55,165 bases of DNA from an uncultured Gammaproteobacteria bacterium (GTDB lineage: Bacteria; Patescibacteriota; Microgenomatia; UBA8517): positions 1-55,165 of the forward strand of contig CAYMZX010000013.1 in the NCBI GenBank assembly GCA_964395115.1, given 5' to 3'. A program made the translations under genes and the position numbers. Under the pieces are notes generated by a model. The model did no database searches, was not told the DNA's origin, and saw only the letters and a list, made by a program, of their open reading frames with translations. Shown one piece after another: positions 25,496-34,792 of this stretch. The first letter of the stretch is position 1, and every line of letters starts with the position of its first letter.

Positions 25496-27829
25496 TTATA
25501 GTTTGGCACGCCGGGTAATTTCTGCTTCTACTAATTTTTGGTCCCTTCCGTATTTTAGTCTACTCATTTCTTTAATTATCTTAGCCACTCTTGGATTCAT
25601 TGCCTCTTTTTCTTTACTTAAGTCTTTAGTCAAATCCATGGAAAAAGGCGGAACCGGCTCGTTATTGACAATCGTTTTTATATAAACATGGAAGCGTTCG
25701 ATGTTAAGAAGATCATCCTCGCCAAAAACTGGAGTAAATTCATGAGCTAAGTAGGATGCATCGGTTACCCCAACCCTGAAACAAATAACCGTTCCGACGT
25801 TTCCGAAAACCGCATTTTTTACTTCCTCTTCTACTTGGCCGATAAATTGATTGGCAACGACTAAGTTAAGCCTGTATTTTCTGGCTTCCGATAAGATCTG
25901 GGCAAAATCGGGAGTAGCGAAATTTTGAAATTCGTCAACATATAGATAAAAATCCCGTCTTTGTTCTTCGGGTATATCCTGCCTGCTCATAGCGGCCATT
26001 AAAATTCTCGGGACCAAAACCAATCCCAAGAAATTTGAGTTTTCCTCTCCAATTTTTCCTTTCGCCAAGTTAATAAGAAGGATTTTTCCTTCATCCATCA
26101 CTTTTCTGAAATCAAAAGAGCTGCGGGATTGACCTATAATGTTTCTGATCATCTTATTGGTTACAAATCTTCCAAACTTAGAAACGATGTAGTCCAATAC
26201 TTCAGATTTATGGAAATCCGCCGTCTGAGCAATTTGATCGGTCCAATACCGTCTGACAATCGGATCGGTAACTTTAGGAAGAAGTTCCTGGACAAAACGG
26301 GAATCGGTTAATATCCTCATTACCTCTACAAAGGTATTCCCCTCCTCTGCCATCGCCGTCAGCATTGCGTTTCTGACAGCATGTTCAAATCTTGGACCAA
26401 CAATTCCGGTTTTATAAGGATCGAAGAGTTTATACATCATATTGATTACCGATGTGGCCACAAAATGCTTTTGATCCTCGGTGTAAGCTTCTAAAAGATT
26501 TAATCCCATCGGTCTCTCTGTATCTCCTGGGTCAAAGTAGATAACATCTTCTGCCCGCTCGGGAGGAATTAAGGACAGAAGGTCTTCGATTGCATCGCCG
26601 TGCGGGTCCATAAAACAAAGCCCTTTGTTGTTTTTTATATCTTGCATTATCAGGTCTTTTAGAAGTTCCGTTTTCCCTGTTCCTGTCTTTCCAATAATGT
26701 ACATGTGGCGCCTTCGATCGTCTTCTCGAATATATACTGGCCTCTTTATTCCTCGATAAGTACTCACTCCCATGAAAAGCCCTTCGCTGGCAATTTCCGA
26801 GGGCGCGGGCGCGGTCTTTGCGTAAAGCCAGTAGATGTGTGGGGTAGTTATTTGCTTGTTGGGAAAATGAAAAATACTAGCCAATTCTTCGCTATTTAAA
26901 ATTGAAGGTCTGTTTCCGAAAAGATTGAACATTGGCTGATATCGATAGAGGAAGTCCTCCATAAAGGCACCTTTGTTTCTTATTTTTCTTTTTTTAAGGC
27001 TGTTGTTTTCTCCCGAAAACTGTTCAAGGGAGGCGGAAATATTTGAGAGATGCATTTTGGCCGTCTCTGAAATTTTTGCTGACACTACCACCCTAATCGA
27101 AGTCTCGAATCCGGGTTTACTTATTTTGGACTCTACGGCTTCTAAGGTTTTGGCGCTGGTAGCAAATTTCGCCTTTTCGGGATCAGATTCCTGTTTTTTT
27201 GTTTCTGAGATAAACCCTCTCCCTTCTTTCTGCCAAGAAGAGTTGGCAGGTGAAACTAAAATCTGAACTACCGCCCCTTCTTCCTCGCCCATCTTTGCCA
27301 AACCCGAGGTTAAAGCCGCCAGTGGGTCAGTCGGAAGGTCTTTATAGGTCTTTAAAGGGTAAAAGTTTGACCGGGAAAGCTGGAACGATGCGTAAGCAAC
27401 TTTGCCTTTCTCGGAAAAAATGTTATGTTCTTGAACCTCTAGAACTTCCGCGTCGGGATATGCTCCATGAATGAGTTTTTCTATTAAATCTTTATATTCT
27501 CGGGGTGTCCAAACATAAAATCTGATATCTTCTTTTTTGGCAACTATTTCGAAAGAAATTGCCGGCTGGGCGGAAAATTTTTGCCTCCACCCCCCTCTTT
27601 TTATCGAATAAAGAGAGGCAAAAAGTTGTTCCATAGCATCAATTTTTATCTCATTTCCTCTAGGAACCGCCACCTGAAGCAAAACCGAATCAATCGACTG
27701 TTCTTCTCTCCCTCTAAATTTAAAAAGAACAAAAAAAACGTAGCCAAGGGCGATCAAAGCAAAAAGAAGAATGCTGGCCAAAACAAGAAGGAAAAAAACG
27801 ATGGAGTAGTCGATCGCCCAAAGTTGCAT
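25496..27829 (-). CDS. VirD4/TraG/TraD-like type IV coupling-protein-family ATPase with N-terminal TM anchor
   Basis: Two N-terminal TM helices, a ~330-aa unassigned domain, then the P-loop NTPase: Walker A IIGKTGTGKTE and Walker B YLYVDEFQNFA. Confidence 0.7.
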   Translation of the reverse strand: MQLWAIDYSIVFFLLVLASILLFALIALGYVFFVLFKFRGREEQSIDSVLLQVAVPRGNEIKIDAMEQLFASLYSIKRGGWRQKFSAQPAISFEIVAKKEDIRFYVWTPREYKDLIEKLIHGAYPDAEVLEVQEHNIFSEKGKVAYASFQLSRSNFYPLKTYKDLPTDPLAALTSGLAKMGEEEGAVVQILVSPANSSWQKEGRGFISETKKQESDPEKAKFATSAKTLEAVESKISKPGFETSIRVVVSAKISETAKMHLSNISASLEQFSGENNSLKKRKIRNKGAFMEDFLYRYQPMFNLFGNRPSILNSEELASIFHFPNKQITTPHIYWLYAKTAPAPSEIASEGLFMGVSTYRGIKRPVYIREDDRRRHMYIIGKTGTGKTELLKDLIMQDIKNNKGLCFMDPHGDAIEDLLSLIPPERAEDVIYFDPGDTERPMGLNLLEAYTEDQKHFVATSVINMMYKLFDPYKTGIVGPRFEHAVRNAMLTAMAEEGNTFVEVMRILTDSRFVQELLPKVTDPIVRRYWTDQIAQTADFHKSEVLDYIVSKFGRFVTNKMIRNIIGQSRSSFDFRKVMDEGKILLINLAKGKIGEENSNFLGLVLVPRILMAAMSRQDIPEEQRRDFYLYVDEFQNFATPDFAQILSEARKYRLNLVVANQFIGQVEEEVKNAVFGNVGTVICFRVGVTDASYLAHEFTPVFGEDDLLNIERFHVYIKTIVNNEPVPPFSMDLTKDLSKEKEAMNPRVAKIIKEMSRLKYGRDQKLVEAEITRRAKL

Positions 27830-28138
27830 TTAAATTATCCTCTTTCTAGCCGCTATCTTTCTTATTCTGGCAAGAATATTGCCGAGCCAAGTTGATGAAC
27901 TATCAACCGACCCCTTGGCTAATAGTTCGATATCCCCTTCTAAAGCAGGAATACTGATTTCTTGTTTCTGGGACTCGGAGTTGATAATTAAATTTTGGGA
28001 GTTATTCTCCACCTTTACCGGTATAGCCGGCTCGACCGTCTCAATACCAGTCTCTTTTAGAAGCTCGGCTGGTAAATTGGGCGCTTGAGGTATCTCCTGA
28101 ATAGTGGGTTTCTCTTTTTTCCCAAACTCCAATACCAT
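27830..28138 (-). CDS. Hypothetical 102-aa protein, directly abutting the ATPase gene
   Basis: Its stop codon is immediately adjacent to the ATPase ATG. Acidic/polar body with a basic amphipathic tail (WLGNILARIRKIAARKRII). Confidence 0.45.
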   Translation of the reverse strand: MVLEFGKKEKPTIQEIPQAPNLPAELLKETGIETVEPAIPVKVENNSQNLIINSESQKQEISIPALEGDIELLAKGSVDSSSTWLGNILARIRKIAARKRII

Positions 28139-28173
28139 GTCCTGTTCATTTTAGCACTTCCGGGGGGTAATCA

Positions 28174-28698
28174 TCACTTCTTACTGGATTTCCAGATTTC
28201 CTCCTTAACTTCTTGTTGATAATTGATTTCTCGAGCAAGAATAAATAAGTAATCGGATAATCTATTCAGGTAAGCCAAAATTTCCGGCTTTAAGCCTTCT
28301 TTTTTGTCTAAACGGACAATTACCCGCTCTGCCTTTCTGACTAAAGCTCGCGCGTAAAAAAGATTGGCGGAAGTTGCTGTCCCCCCAGGAAACACAAAAT
28401 TCTTTAAAGCAGGGAGACTTTTCTCCAACTCGTCGATTTTTTTCTCTAGTCTATTAATCCTTGTTCTTGGAAAAATCAAAGGGGCCCCAGCTATAATGGC
28501 GGCCACATTAAATAAATTTTTCTGAACTTCCTTTATTTGCTTAAGCTCTGGATTTTGCGAGGAAATGATTCCCAAATAACTATTAACCTCATCAACCGCT
28601 CCGACTGCCTGAATTCTCAAAGAGTTTTTTGAAACCAGTTTTCTTTTTCCCAATAACGAGGTTTCTCCTTTGTCGCCTTTTTTTGTATAGATAGCCAT
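28174..28698 (-). CDS. pduO: ATP:cob(I)alamin adenosyltransferase, PduO type
   Basis: MAIYTKKGDKGETSLLG... matches the PduO-type N-terminal signature. ATG 28698 lies 11 nt after the nrdJ stop, so the TTG 28737 extension is rejected. Confidence 0.85.
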   Translation of the reverse strand: MAIYTKKGDKGETSLLGKRKLVSKNSLRIQAVGAVDEVNSYLGIISSQNPELKQIKEVQKNLFNVAAIIAGAPLIFPRTRINRLEKKIDELEKSLPALKNFVFPGGTATSANLFYARALVRKAERVIVRLDKKEGLKPEILAYLNRLSDYLFILAREINYQQEVKEEIWKSSKK

Positions 28699-28709
28699 GG
28701 GGTCCAATT

Positions 28710-30887
28710 TTACAACTCGCAGGTGGAAAACCCGCAATATTCACATTTAAAACATTTTCCCTCTTTCTTGAGCTCAAGGTCGCAATTCGGACATTTCATT
28801 TTTTTGGGATAGTTCCGCCTTCCCCCAAATTCAAAAACTTGATTCTCCTTGGTTTTGTCTCGATATACCGTCAGCCCCTTACACCCCAGCCTCCATGCCA
28901 GAATGTAGGCTTCTTTTATGTCCCTTGGGGAAGTATTAGTAGGCATGTTAATAGTTTTAGTGATCGCATTATCGGTGTATTCTTGAAATGCCGCCTGCAT
29001 TTTGATGTGATCTCGCCAAGAAATATCGTGGGCGACTTTGAAGATGGCCTGTAAATCCTTGGGGATATCTTTTATTCCTTGGACACTACCATGATTTTCA
29101 ATAATTTTTTGGGTAAGCCCGTCCGAATAGATTCCCCTTTCTTTAAGTTTTTCGATGAAAAATGGAATTACCGTTTTTAATCTGATCCCCTCCATTACTA
29201 CCTGCTCATATGCAACGGCGAAATATGGTTCAATTCCGAATGAGGTATCACATATAACCGCGTTTGATGAACTGGGCGGGAAAGTCAAAAGAGCAACGTT
29301 CCTGGGTTTCCGTTTTGCCTTCGCCCAAATAGAATCTCCAACAAGAGGAAAGGGTCCTTTTTCTTCGGCTAGCCGACACGATTCATCGAAAGCGTTCTCA
29401 TACATCGTTTTGGCTATTTTTCGTGCTAAAAGAAAGGCCCGAGGGCTATCATAAGGAATTTCCAGTCGGGCTAAAGCCTCTGCCCAGCCGACCGCCCCAA
29501 TCCCTATCCTCCGATGATTCTTGACGGTCTTTCGGACTTCCATTACCGGAAACCAAGAGGCTTCAATTACATTATCCATAAGCCTGACCGCCACCCTGAT
29601 AACATCAGACAATCTTTCAAAGTCAAACTCCCCTTCCCTGATAAAATGGCTGAAATTCAGGTATCCTAAATTACAGGATTCGAATGGATATAAAGGAACT
29701 TCTCCACAAGGATTGGTGGCCATTATTGGCCCCCGCTTTTTCAAAAGGGGATTTCCTAAAGCGGTGCCGCGGTTAATAGCAGAAAGATTGATTATGCCCG
29801 GATCGCCAGTTTGCCAAGCCATACTCGCCATTAACTCAAGGATTGATTTGGCATTTACGGTGTTCACTACTTCTCCAGTTCGCGGATTGATTAAATCCCA
29901 ATTTTTACCAGCAATCGCCGCCCGCATAAAATCGTCAGTTATCCCAACTGAAATGTTTGTTTTGGAAAGATAACCGTCGTTTTGCTTAGCCGAAATGAAA
30001 TTAAAAATATCGGGGTGATTAGCGTTTAAAATCGCCATATTGCCACTTTCGTATTTACCCTCTTGTTTAAAAAGCGATGTCATCAAATCAAACATCTCAA
30101 TCATCTTGACTGGCCCGGCTGCTAAATTCGGGGTTCCTCCAACCGTATCTCCCTCCGGTCTAATGCGGCTAAAATTATAACCACAGCCTCCTCCGTGCTT
30201 TTTGATAAGAGTAGATTTATGAAGAATTTCAAAAATTTTATCGATATCGTCCTCCACCGGCCAGACAAAACAGTTCGCTAATTGTGAATAAAGCTTTCCG
30301 GCGTTGGCGAGGGTTCTGGACCCTGGCAAAAAGTCGAGGGAGATCATTATTTCCTTAAATTTTTGATACCACTTTTGTTGTTTGTTCTTTCCTTTTTCCA
30401 CCGACGCCAAAAATTTAGCCACCCGATCTATCATGCCGCCAGGAGTTTCAACGATTTCCCCTTTTTCGTTTCTCTTGAGGTATCTTTGTTTGAGAATATA
30501 CAGAGAGTTATAGGAGAGACCAATATCATCTTCTATCCCCAAGGCCCTTTTATCTTGGTTTAGATGTTTTTTGTTCTCTCTATAGACAATAAAAGCCTTG
30601 GCCGTTCTAGCATGACCATTTTCGATGAGGATTTTCTCTACAAGATTGCCTATTTCCGCAGTTGGGACAGCCTCACCGTTTTTAAACTTGACCTTTAGAA
30701 TGTTAACAACTTGGTTTCCCAGAACAACCGAGAGGGTTCTGTCGGTTCCGCCCACATTCTGGGCCGCCATAAAAATCGAGTTAATAATCTTTTCGGGTTT
30801 GAATTCTTGGCTGCTTCCATCCTGTTTGATAACGGTTTTGATCATTTCTTCAGCATTCAGAATAACCGCAAGCATGGCATTTCTCAC
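28710..30887 (-). CDS. nrdJ: Adenosylcobalamin-dependent (class II) ribonucleotide reductase, paralogue 2, with N-terminal ATP-cone
   Basis: ATP-cone VIKQDGSSQEFKPEKIINSI and catalytic loop TNPCGEVPLYPFESCNLG. C-terminal 6-Cys tail CPNC-x9-CFKCEYC-x4-C. An alternative start at 30845 (MIKTVIKQDG) is possible; 30887 has GAGGG 9 nt upstream. Confidence 0.88.
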   Translation of the reverse strand: MRNAMLAVILNAEEMIKTVIKQDGSSQEFKPEKIINSIFMAAQNVGGTDRTLSVVLGNQVVNILKVKFKNGEAVPTAEIGNLVEKILIENGHARTAKAFIVYRENKKHLNQDKRALGIEDDIGLSYNSLYILKQRYLKRNEKGEIVETPGGMIDRVAKFLASVEKGKNKQQKWYQKFKEIMISLDFLPGSRTLANAGKLYSQLANCFVWPVEDDIDKIFEILHKSTLIKKHGGGCGYNFSRIRPEGDTVGGTPNLAAGPVKMIEMFDLMTSLFKQEGKYESGNMAILNANHPDIFNFISAKQNDGYLSKTNISVGITDDFMRAAIAGKNWDLINPRTGEVVNTVNAKSILELMASMAWQTGDPGIINLSAINRGTALGNPLLKKRGPIMATNPCGEVPLYPFESCNLGYLNFSHFIREGEFDFERLSDVIRVAVRLMDNVIEASWFPVMEVRKTVKNHRRIGIGAVGWAEALARLEIPYDSPRAFLLARKIAKTMYENAFDESCRLAEEKGPFPLVGDSIWAKAKRKPRNVALLTFPPSSSNAVICDTSFGIEPYFAVAYEQVVMEGIRLKTVIPFFIEKLKERGIYSDGLTQKIIENHGSVQGIKDIPKDLQAIFKVAHDISWRDHIKMQAAFQEYTDNAITKTINMPTNTSPRDIKEAYILAWRLGCKGLTVYRDKTKENQVFEFGGRRNYPKKMKCPNCDLELKKEGKCFKCEYCGFSTCEL

Positions 30888-33432
30888 AGCCCTCTTCGAA
30901 AATTAACGCACTTGCTCCACAGGCCGGACATATATCTCCCGGTCCCTCGACTAAAGTCTCGTTAAACGCGGCCGAAGCCGCTGTGGGGTCATCAGAACCC
31001 GCCAATGCGGGCTGGTCTGCGGGGGCAGAACCGTTAGCCGCCATAACAGCTTCAGCCACGTTTAACGCGGCTTTAACCTGGTCATAGTTAACATCTGCTT
31101 TGTTTTCAATAATATGGTTCCCATTTCCATTTATCTTAAATCCGCAATGATAAGAAAGTGCGGCTGCGATAGCATCGGGCAAAGACCGAATCTTATTTGG
31201 TCCAAAACCGACTGACCGACGACCGCCGATACCGGAAAGCTGTTTGGCGATCTCGTAGGCTCTCTCTTTCGAAGTTAGGCTACCCTTAAGCCTTAACGAG
31301 GTCGAAATGGTCCGACCCAACGCCTCGGCCATGGCCGCCACATCGCTTCCAGCCTTTCCAACATTAATGAAAACTTCCAGCGGGTCTCCGTTTTGATCTT
31401 GGTTGATAGTGACAAAAGCAGTCCCGACAGGTGTGCCAAGACGATAAGTCGAGCCGGTTACTTTAAAAGGCCTTTCTCTCAGGGATCCGCCTCCTGCTGC
31501 TCGCTCTGAATCGCCATCTTTGACTCCCAAATTTAAGACTTGGCTTGTCCGACTACCATCACGAAAGATGGTTATCCCTTTGCATCCGGTTTCCCAAGCC
31601 AGCAGATAGGCTCTCTTGACATCATTGACTCCGGCTTCATGTCGAAGATTTATGGTTTTAGAAACGGCATTCTCGGTATATTTTTGAAAAACCGCCTGAA
31701 CCCGGATATGCCATTTGGGGTCGATCTCGTGAGCTGTTATAAATATTCTTTTTATATCTTCAGGAATCTCTTTAATTTCTCTGACCGTCCCTTTTTCCAT
31801 AACTTTCTTAATTAAATCTTCCGAGTCTAGCCCTTTTTCTTCTAAGATCTTTTGAAAATTGGGGTTGACAAAAGTTAATCGTCTATCGATGTGTTTATCG
31901 GACACGACATGTTGATAAACGACCGCAAAAATGGGTTCAATGCCACTGGATGAACCGGCTATAATAGAAATTGTTCCGGTCGGAGCAATGGTTGTCACGG
32001 TAGAATTTCTTCTAGGTAATTCATTTTTGTAAATAGATATTGGCCAAAGCGGAAATGGTCCGCGTTCTCTTGCTAGTTCCCGACTTGATTCGACAGCCGT
32101 TTCCTGGATTAACTTCATGATTTTTTCCGCCAAATCCATGGCTTTTTCTGAATCGTATGGAATTCCCAGTCTAATCAGCATATCGGCCCATCCGCCAACT
32201 CCGAGCCCAATTCTTCTGATAGCAAGAGTCATCTTTCTTATTTGTGGAAGGGTGTAAGGGTTAACTTCAATGACATCGTCAAGAAATCTAACCGCCAACT
32301 TTGTCACCTCTATAAGCCTTGCCCAATCAACACTTTTCTTTTCTCCCTCTTCTTTAACAAAATGGTTCAAAAAAATACTGCCTAAATTGCAGGAATCGAA
32401 TGGGTAGAGTGGCTGTTCCCCGCATGGATTCGTGGACTCGATGGGTCCCAGAGAAGGAACGGGGTTGGCTGGGCTTTTATTTATCCTATCAATAAAGACT
32501 AGTCCAGGATCCCCTGTTTCCCAAGCCTGCTGACAAATTTTATCAAAAACCTCAACGGCGCTGGCTTTGCCAACTGCTTTGCCCGTTCTCGGATCAATCA
32601 GACTATATTCGCCACCCCTTTGATAGGCTTTCATAAAATTATCGGTTAAGGCAACCGAAATATTGAAATTGGTTATTCCGCCATCTCTTTTACAGCGAAT
32701 AAAATCCAAAATATCCGGATGGTCAACCCTTAAAATTCCCATATTGGCTCCTCTTCTCTTTCCGCCCTGTTTAATTTCGTTGGTAGCGGCATCGAAAATC
32801 TTCATAAACGATACCGGCCCAGAGGCAGTACCTCTTGAAGTCTTGACCATCGAGCCCTTGGGCCTGAGGCGACTAAAGGAGAATCCTGTTCCCCCTCCTG
32901 TCTGGTGAATTAATGCCTGCCATTTAAGGGCATCAAATATTCCCACTAAAGAATCTTCTATAGGAAGAACAAAACAGGCGGAGTATTGGAGACCGTTTCT
33001 GGTACCTGCATTCATAAGGGTGGGAGAATTGGGAAGAAATTCACGAGAAACCATAAGTTGGTAAAACCTCTTGGCAATTTCAATGATGGATGTCTTTTTT
33101 GCCCCCCAGATGGCCTCGCTTGATGCCACTTCCCACGCAACCCGCCAACACATCTCTTCTGGAGTTTCTATAACTTTTCCACTCCTGTCCTTAAGAAGAT
33201 ATCTTTCTTGAAGAACTTTTAGGGCTTGGGGTGTCCAGTTTCCTTTGGGAGCCGAGTGATAAAGCGGAGGCCGTTTTCCAACCAACTTGTCTATTTGATC
33301 CCTGACTTGATTATAGTCTGAAAACTCTAATGACTCGAAAGATAATCCTTTGGAATTCGTCTTCACGACCCTGCCGTTTTTACGACCTCGGCGTTTTTTT
33401 GTTCGACTCGCTTGTATGATTGTATTAAGCAT
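30850..33432 (-). CDS. nrdJ: Adenosylcobalamin-dependent (class II) ribonucleotide reductase, paralogue 1, no ATP-cone, extended C-terminal region
   Basis: Catalytic loop TNPCGEQPLYPFDSCNLGS. TSCPD-like segment (VTGSTYRLGTPVGTAFVTINQD...VFINVGKAGSD). C-terminal 6-Cys tail CPAC-x10-CEKCHAC-x4-C. Confidence 0.9.
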   Translation of the reverse strand: MLNTIIQASRTKKRRGRKNGRVVKTNSKGLSFESLEFSDYNQVRDQIDKLVGKRPPLYHSAPKGNWTPQALKVLQERYLLKDRSGKVIETPEEMCWRVAWEVASSEAIWGAKKTSIIEIAKRFYQLMVSREFLPNSPTLMNAGTRNGLQYSACFVLPIEDSLVGIFDALKWQALIHQTGGGTGFSFSRLRPKGSMVKTSRGTASGPVSFMKIFDAATNEIKQGGKRRGANMGILRVDHPDILDFIRCKRDGGITNFNISVALTDNFMKAYQRGGEYSLIDPRTGKAVGKASAVEVFDKICQQAWETGDPGLVFIDRINKSPANPVPSLGPIESTNPCGEQPLYPFDSCNLGSIFLNHFVKEEGEKKSVDWARLIEVTKLAVRFLDDVIEVNPYTLPQIRKMTLAIRRIGLGVGGWADMLIRLGIPYDSEKAMDLAEKIMKLIQETAVESSRELARERGPFPLWPISIYKNELPRRNSTVTTIAPTGTISIIAGSSSGIEPIFAVVYQHVVSDKHIDRRLTFVNPNFQKILEEKGLDSEDLIKKVMEKGTVREIKEIPEDIKRIFITAHEIDPKWHIRVQAVFQKYTENAVSKTINLRHEAGVNDVKRAYLLAWETGCKGITIFRDGSRTSQVLNLGVKDGDSERAAGGGSLRERPFKVTGSTYRLGTPVGTAFVTINQDQNGDPLEVFINVGKAGSDVAAMAEALGRTISTSLRLKGSLTSKERAYEIAKQLSGIGGRRSVGFGPNKIRSLPDAIAAALSYHCGFKINGNGNHIIENKADVNYDQVKAALNVAEAVMAANGSAPADQPALAGSDDPTAASAAFNETLVEGPGDICPACGASALIFEEGCEKCHACGYSEC

Positions 33433-33868
33433 TTTCTATTGCTTTTTCAAAATCGGTCAGATCCTCGAATTGTAAATAAACGCTGGCAAAACGAAGCCAA
33501 GCTACCTTATCGATCTTTTTTAACTTCCTCAATACCGACTTTCCGATCATTTTGCTCGAAATTTCCTCCGATCCGTGTCTTAATATTTCTCTTTCAACTT
33601 CGTTGATAATTTCTTCTACTGAATCAAGCGACACCGGTCTTTTTTCAATCGCTCTAAGTATTCCCCTTCTTATCTTCTCGCGATCAAAGGGTTCTCTCCG
33701 CCCATCTTTTTTTATAATCCAGAGAACGGTCCCTTTTACCTTCTCGAATGTCGTAAACCTTCTATGACAGCTCTTACACTCCCGCCGCCTTCTTATCGCC
33801 TCGGCATCGTCAACTGTTCTAGACTCTAAAACTTCGGTTTTATTGCCGCCGCAAAATGGACATTTCAT
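33425..33868 (-). CDS. nrdR: Transcriptional repressor NrdR
   Basis: Zinc ribbon MKCPFCGG...CKSCHRRFTTFE followed by an ATP-cone. 8-nt overlap with the nrdJ start. Confidence 0.92.
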   Translation of the reverse strand: MKCPFCGGNKTEVLESRTVDDAEAIRRRRECKSCHRRFTTFEKVKGTVLWIIKKDGRREPFDREKIRRGILRAIEKRPVSLDSVEEIINEVEREILRHGSEEISSKMIGKSVLRKLKKIDKVAWLRFASVYLQFEDLTDFEKAIENA

Positions 33869-33900
33869 ATGCTTTCTTTATTTCACGAATGTAAATAAAA

Positions 33901-33954
33901 CTCACTATTGGTAGAGACAATCATGATATTCCAACACTAAATAGGTTGTGTCAA
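33901..33954 (-). promoter_or_regulatory. nrdR-nrdJ operon promoter with candidate NrdR operator(s)
   Basis: Minus strand TTGACA (33954-33949), 17 nt spacer, GAATAT (33931-33926). An imperfect palindrome ACACAACCTATTTAGTGT (33951-33934) overlaps the -35 box and spacer. A weaker ATAGTGAG half-site element lies at 33916-33901. The NrdR box consensus is ACACwAtATaTwGTGT. Confidence 0.35.
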
Positions 33955-34122
33955 CTGCAAATTAATAACTCAAAGAAGATCACTTCACGCGTACTGTGAG
34001 GCTAAAAGAAGAAATAAGAAAGCGGAATTTTTGTTTCGGGAAAATTTTCCTGAAGAATTTTTTAGGTCAATCGAAAGAGGTTTAAAAAAGACTTGGTCAC
34101 TTTATTAGCCCAAAAAACCAAC

Positions 34123-34749
34123 TTAATCCCCATTAAATGGATTTGCTGGAACTGGCATCCCAAAAGAATTGAGAGCGTCGCGACTTTTTTCATAAACATT
34201 TCGCGAGTACTCTTCTATTTTTATTATCTCCGGTCTAGCGTCCTCCGGGGCGATCTCTAATATGTTATTTATCACCTGCCGATGTTTAAGGCTGGCATTT
34301 GCGAGTTTTGACAGGAAATTTTTCGTGTCTAGTCCTTTTTGGCGATTTGACTCTTCCTTCTTTTGGGCGAGTTCCAAATACTTTTCGGCTTTTGTCAAAG
34401 TCGAAAAAGCAAGATCGGCTTTTCCTTTTTCAAAAAGAATTCTGGCCGACTCTAGACGTTTGTCACTAAAGAGAAGGTAGAGTTCTGCCTTCTTAGAATT
34501 ACTCGTTGTCGCTAGAATCCAAAGTCTATCTCTGAGGGCTTTTATAAACCATAGGGGATGGTCTGGTAAAATTTTTCCCGGATACGGAAGTTCGTAATTA
34601 ATTCTCATGTCGGATTCGGAAGCCGGAAGCACTTGAGAAGTAAAGGCTAAAAATGTATGCTGCGGAGCGGCCACCCTGAAAATTGAAATTAAAAGAATTG
34701 AAAAAGCAAGAAAAACTACTGATGAAACAGCCAGAATGCGACGTTCCAT
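34123..34749 (-). CDS. DUF5667-like membrane-anchored helical protein
   Basis: N-terminal TM helix, then PGKILPDHPLWFIKALRDRLW...KKAELYLLFSDKRLESARILFEKGK, the pattern typical of DUF5667. Confidence 0.5.
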   Translation of the reverse strand: MERRILAVSSVVFLAFSILLISIFRVAAPQHTFLAFTSQVLPASESDMRINYELPYPGKILPDHPLWFIKALRDRLWILATTSNSKKAELYLLFSDKRLESARILFEKGKADLAFSTLTKAEKYLELAQKKEESNRQKGLDTKNFLSKLANASLKHRQVINNILEIAPEDARPEIIKIEEYSRNVYEKSRDALNSFGMPVPANPFNGD

Positions 34750-34792
34750 TGGGTAAAGATTATGATACCGCCAAAGTCCCTAGAAATCAAGC

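Noticed and set aside
25428-25685. An 85-aa plus-strand ORF beginning inside tRNA-Ile.
   Set aside because: It starts within the tRNA gene and runs antisense through the 3' end of the T4CP-like gene, so it is a shadow ORF.
28710-33432. The possibility that the two nrdJ ORFs are one gene split by a frameshift, or an intein-interrupted gene.
   Set aside because: Each ORF has its own complete catalytic loop, its own N-terminus and its own 6-Cys C-terminal tail. No intein splicing motifs or homing-endonuclease blocks were seen.
33960-34122. A 160-bp gap containing the palindrome GGAAAATTTTCC (34049-34060), considered as a terminator for the DUF5667-like gene.
   Set aside because: The inverted repeat has essentially no loop, is AT-rich and is not followed by a U-tract on the minus strand. 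That is insufficient for a terminator call.
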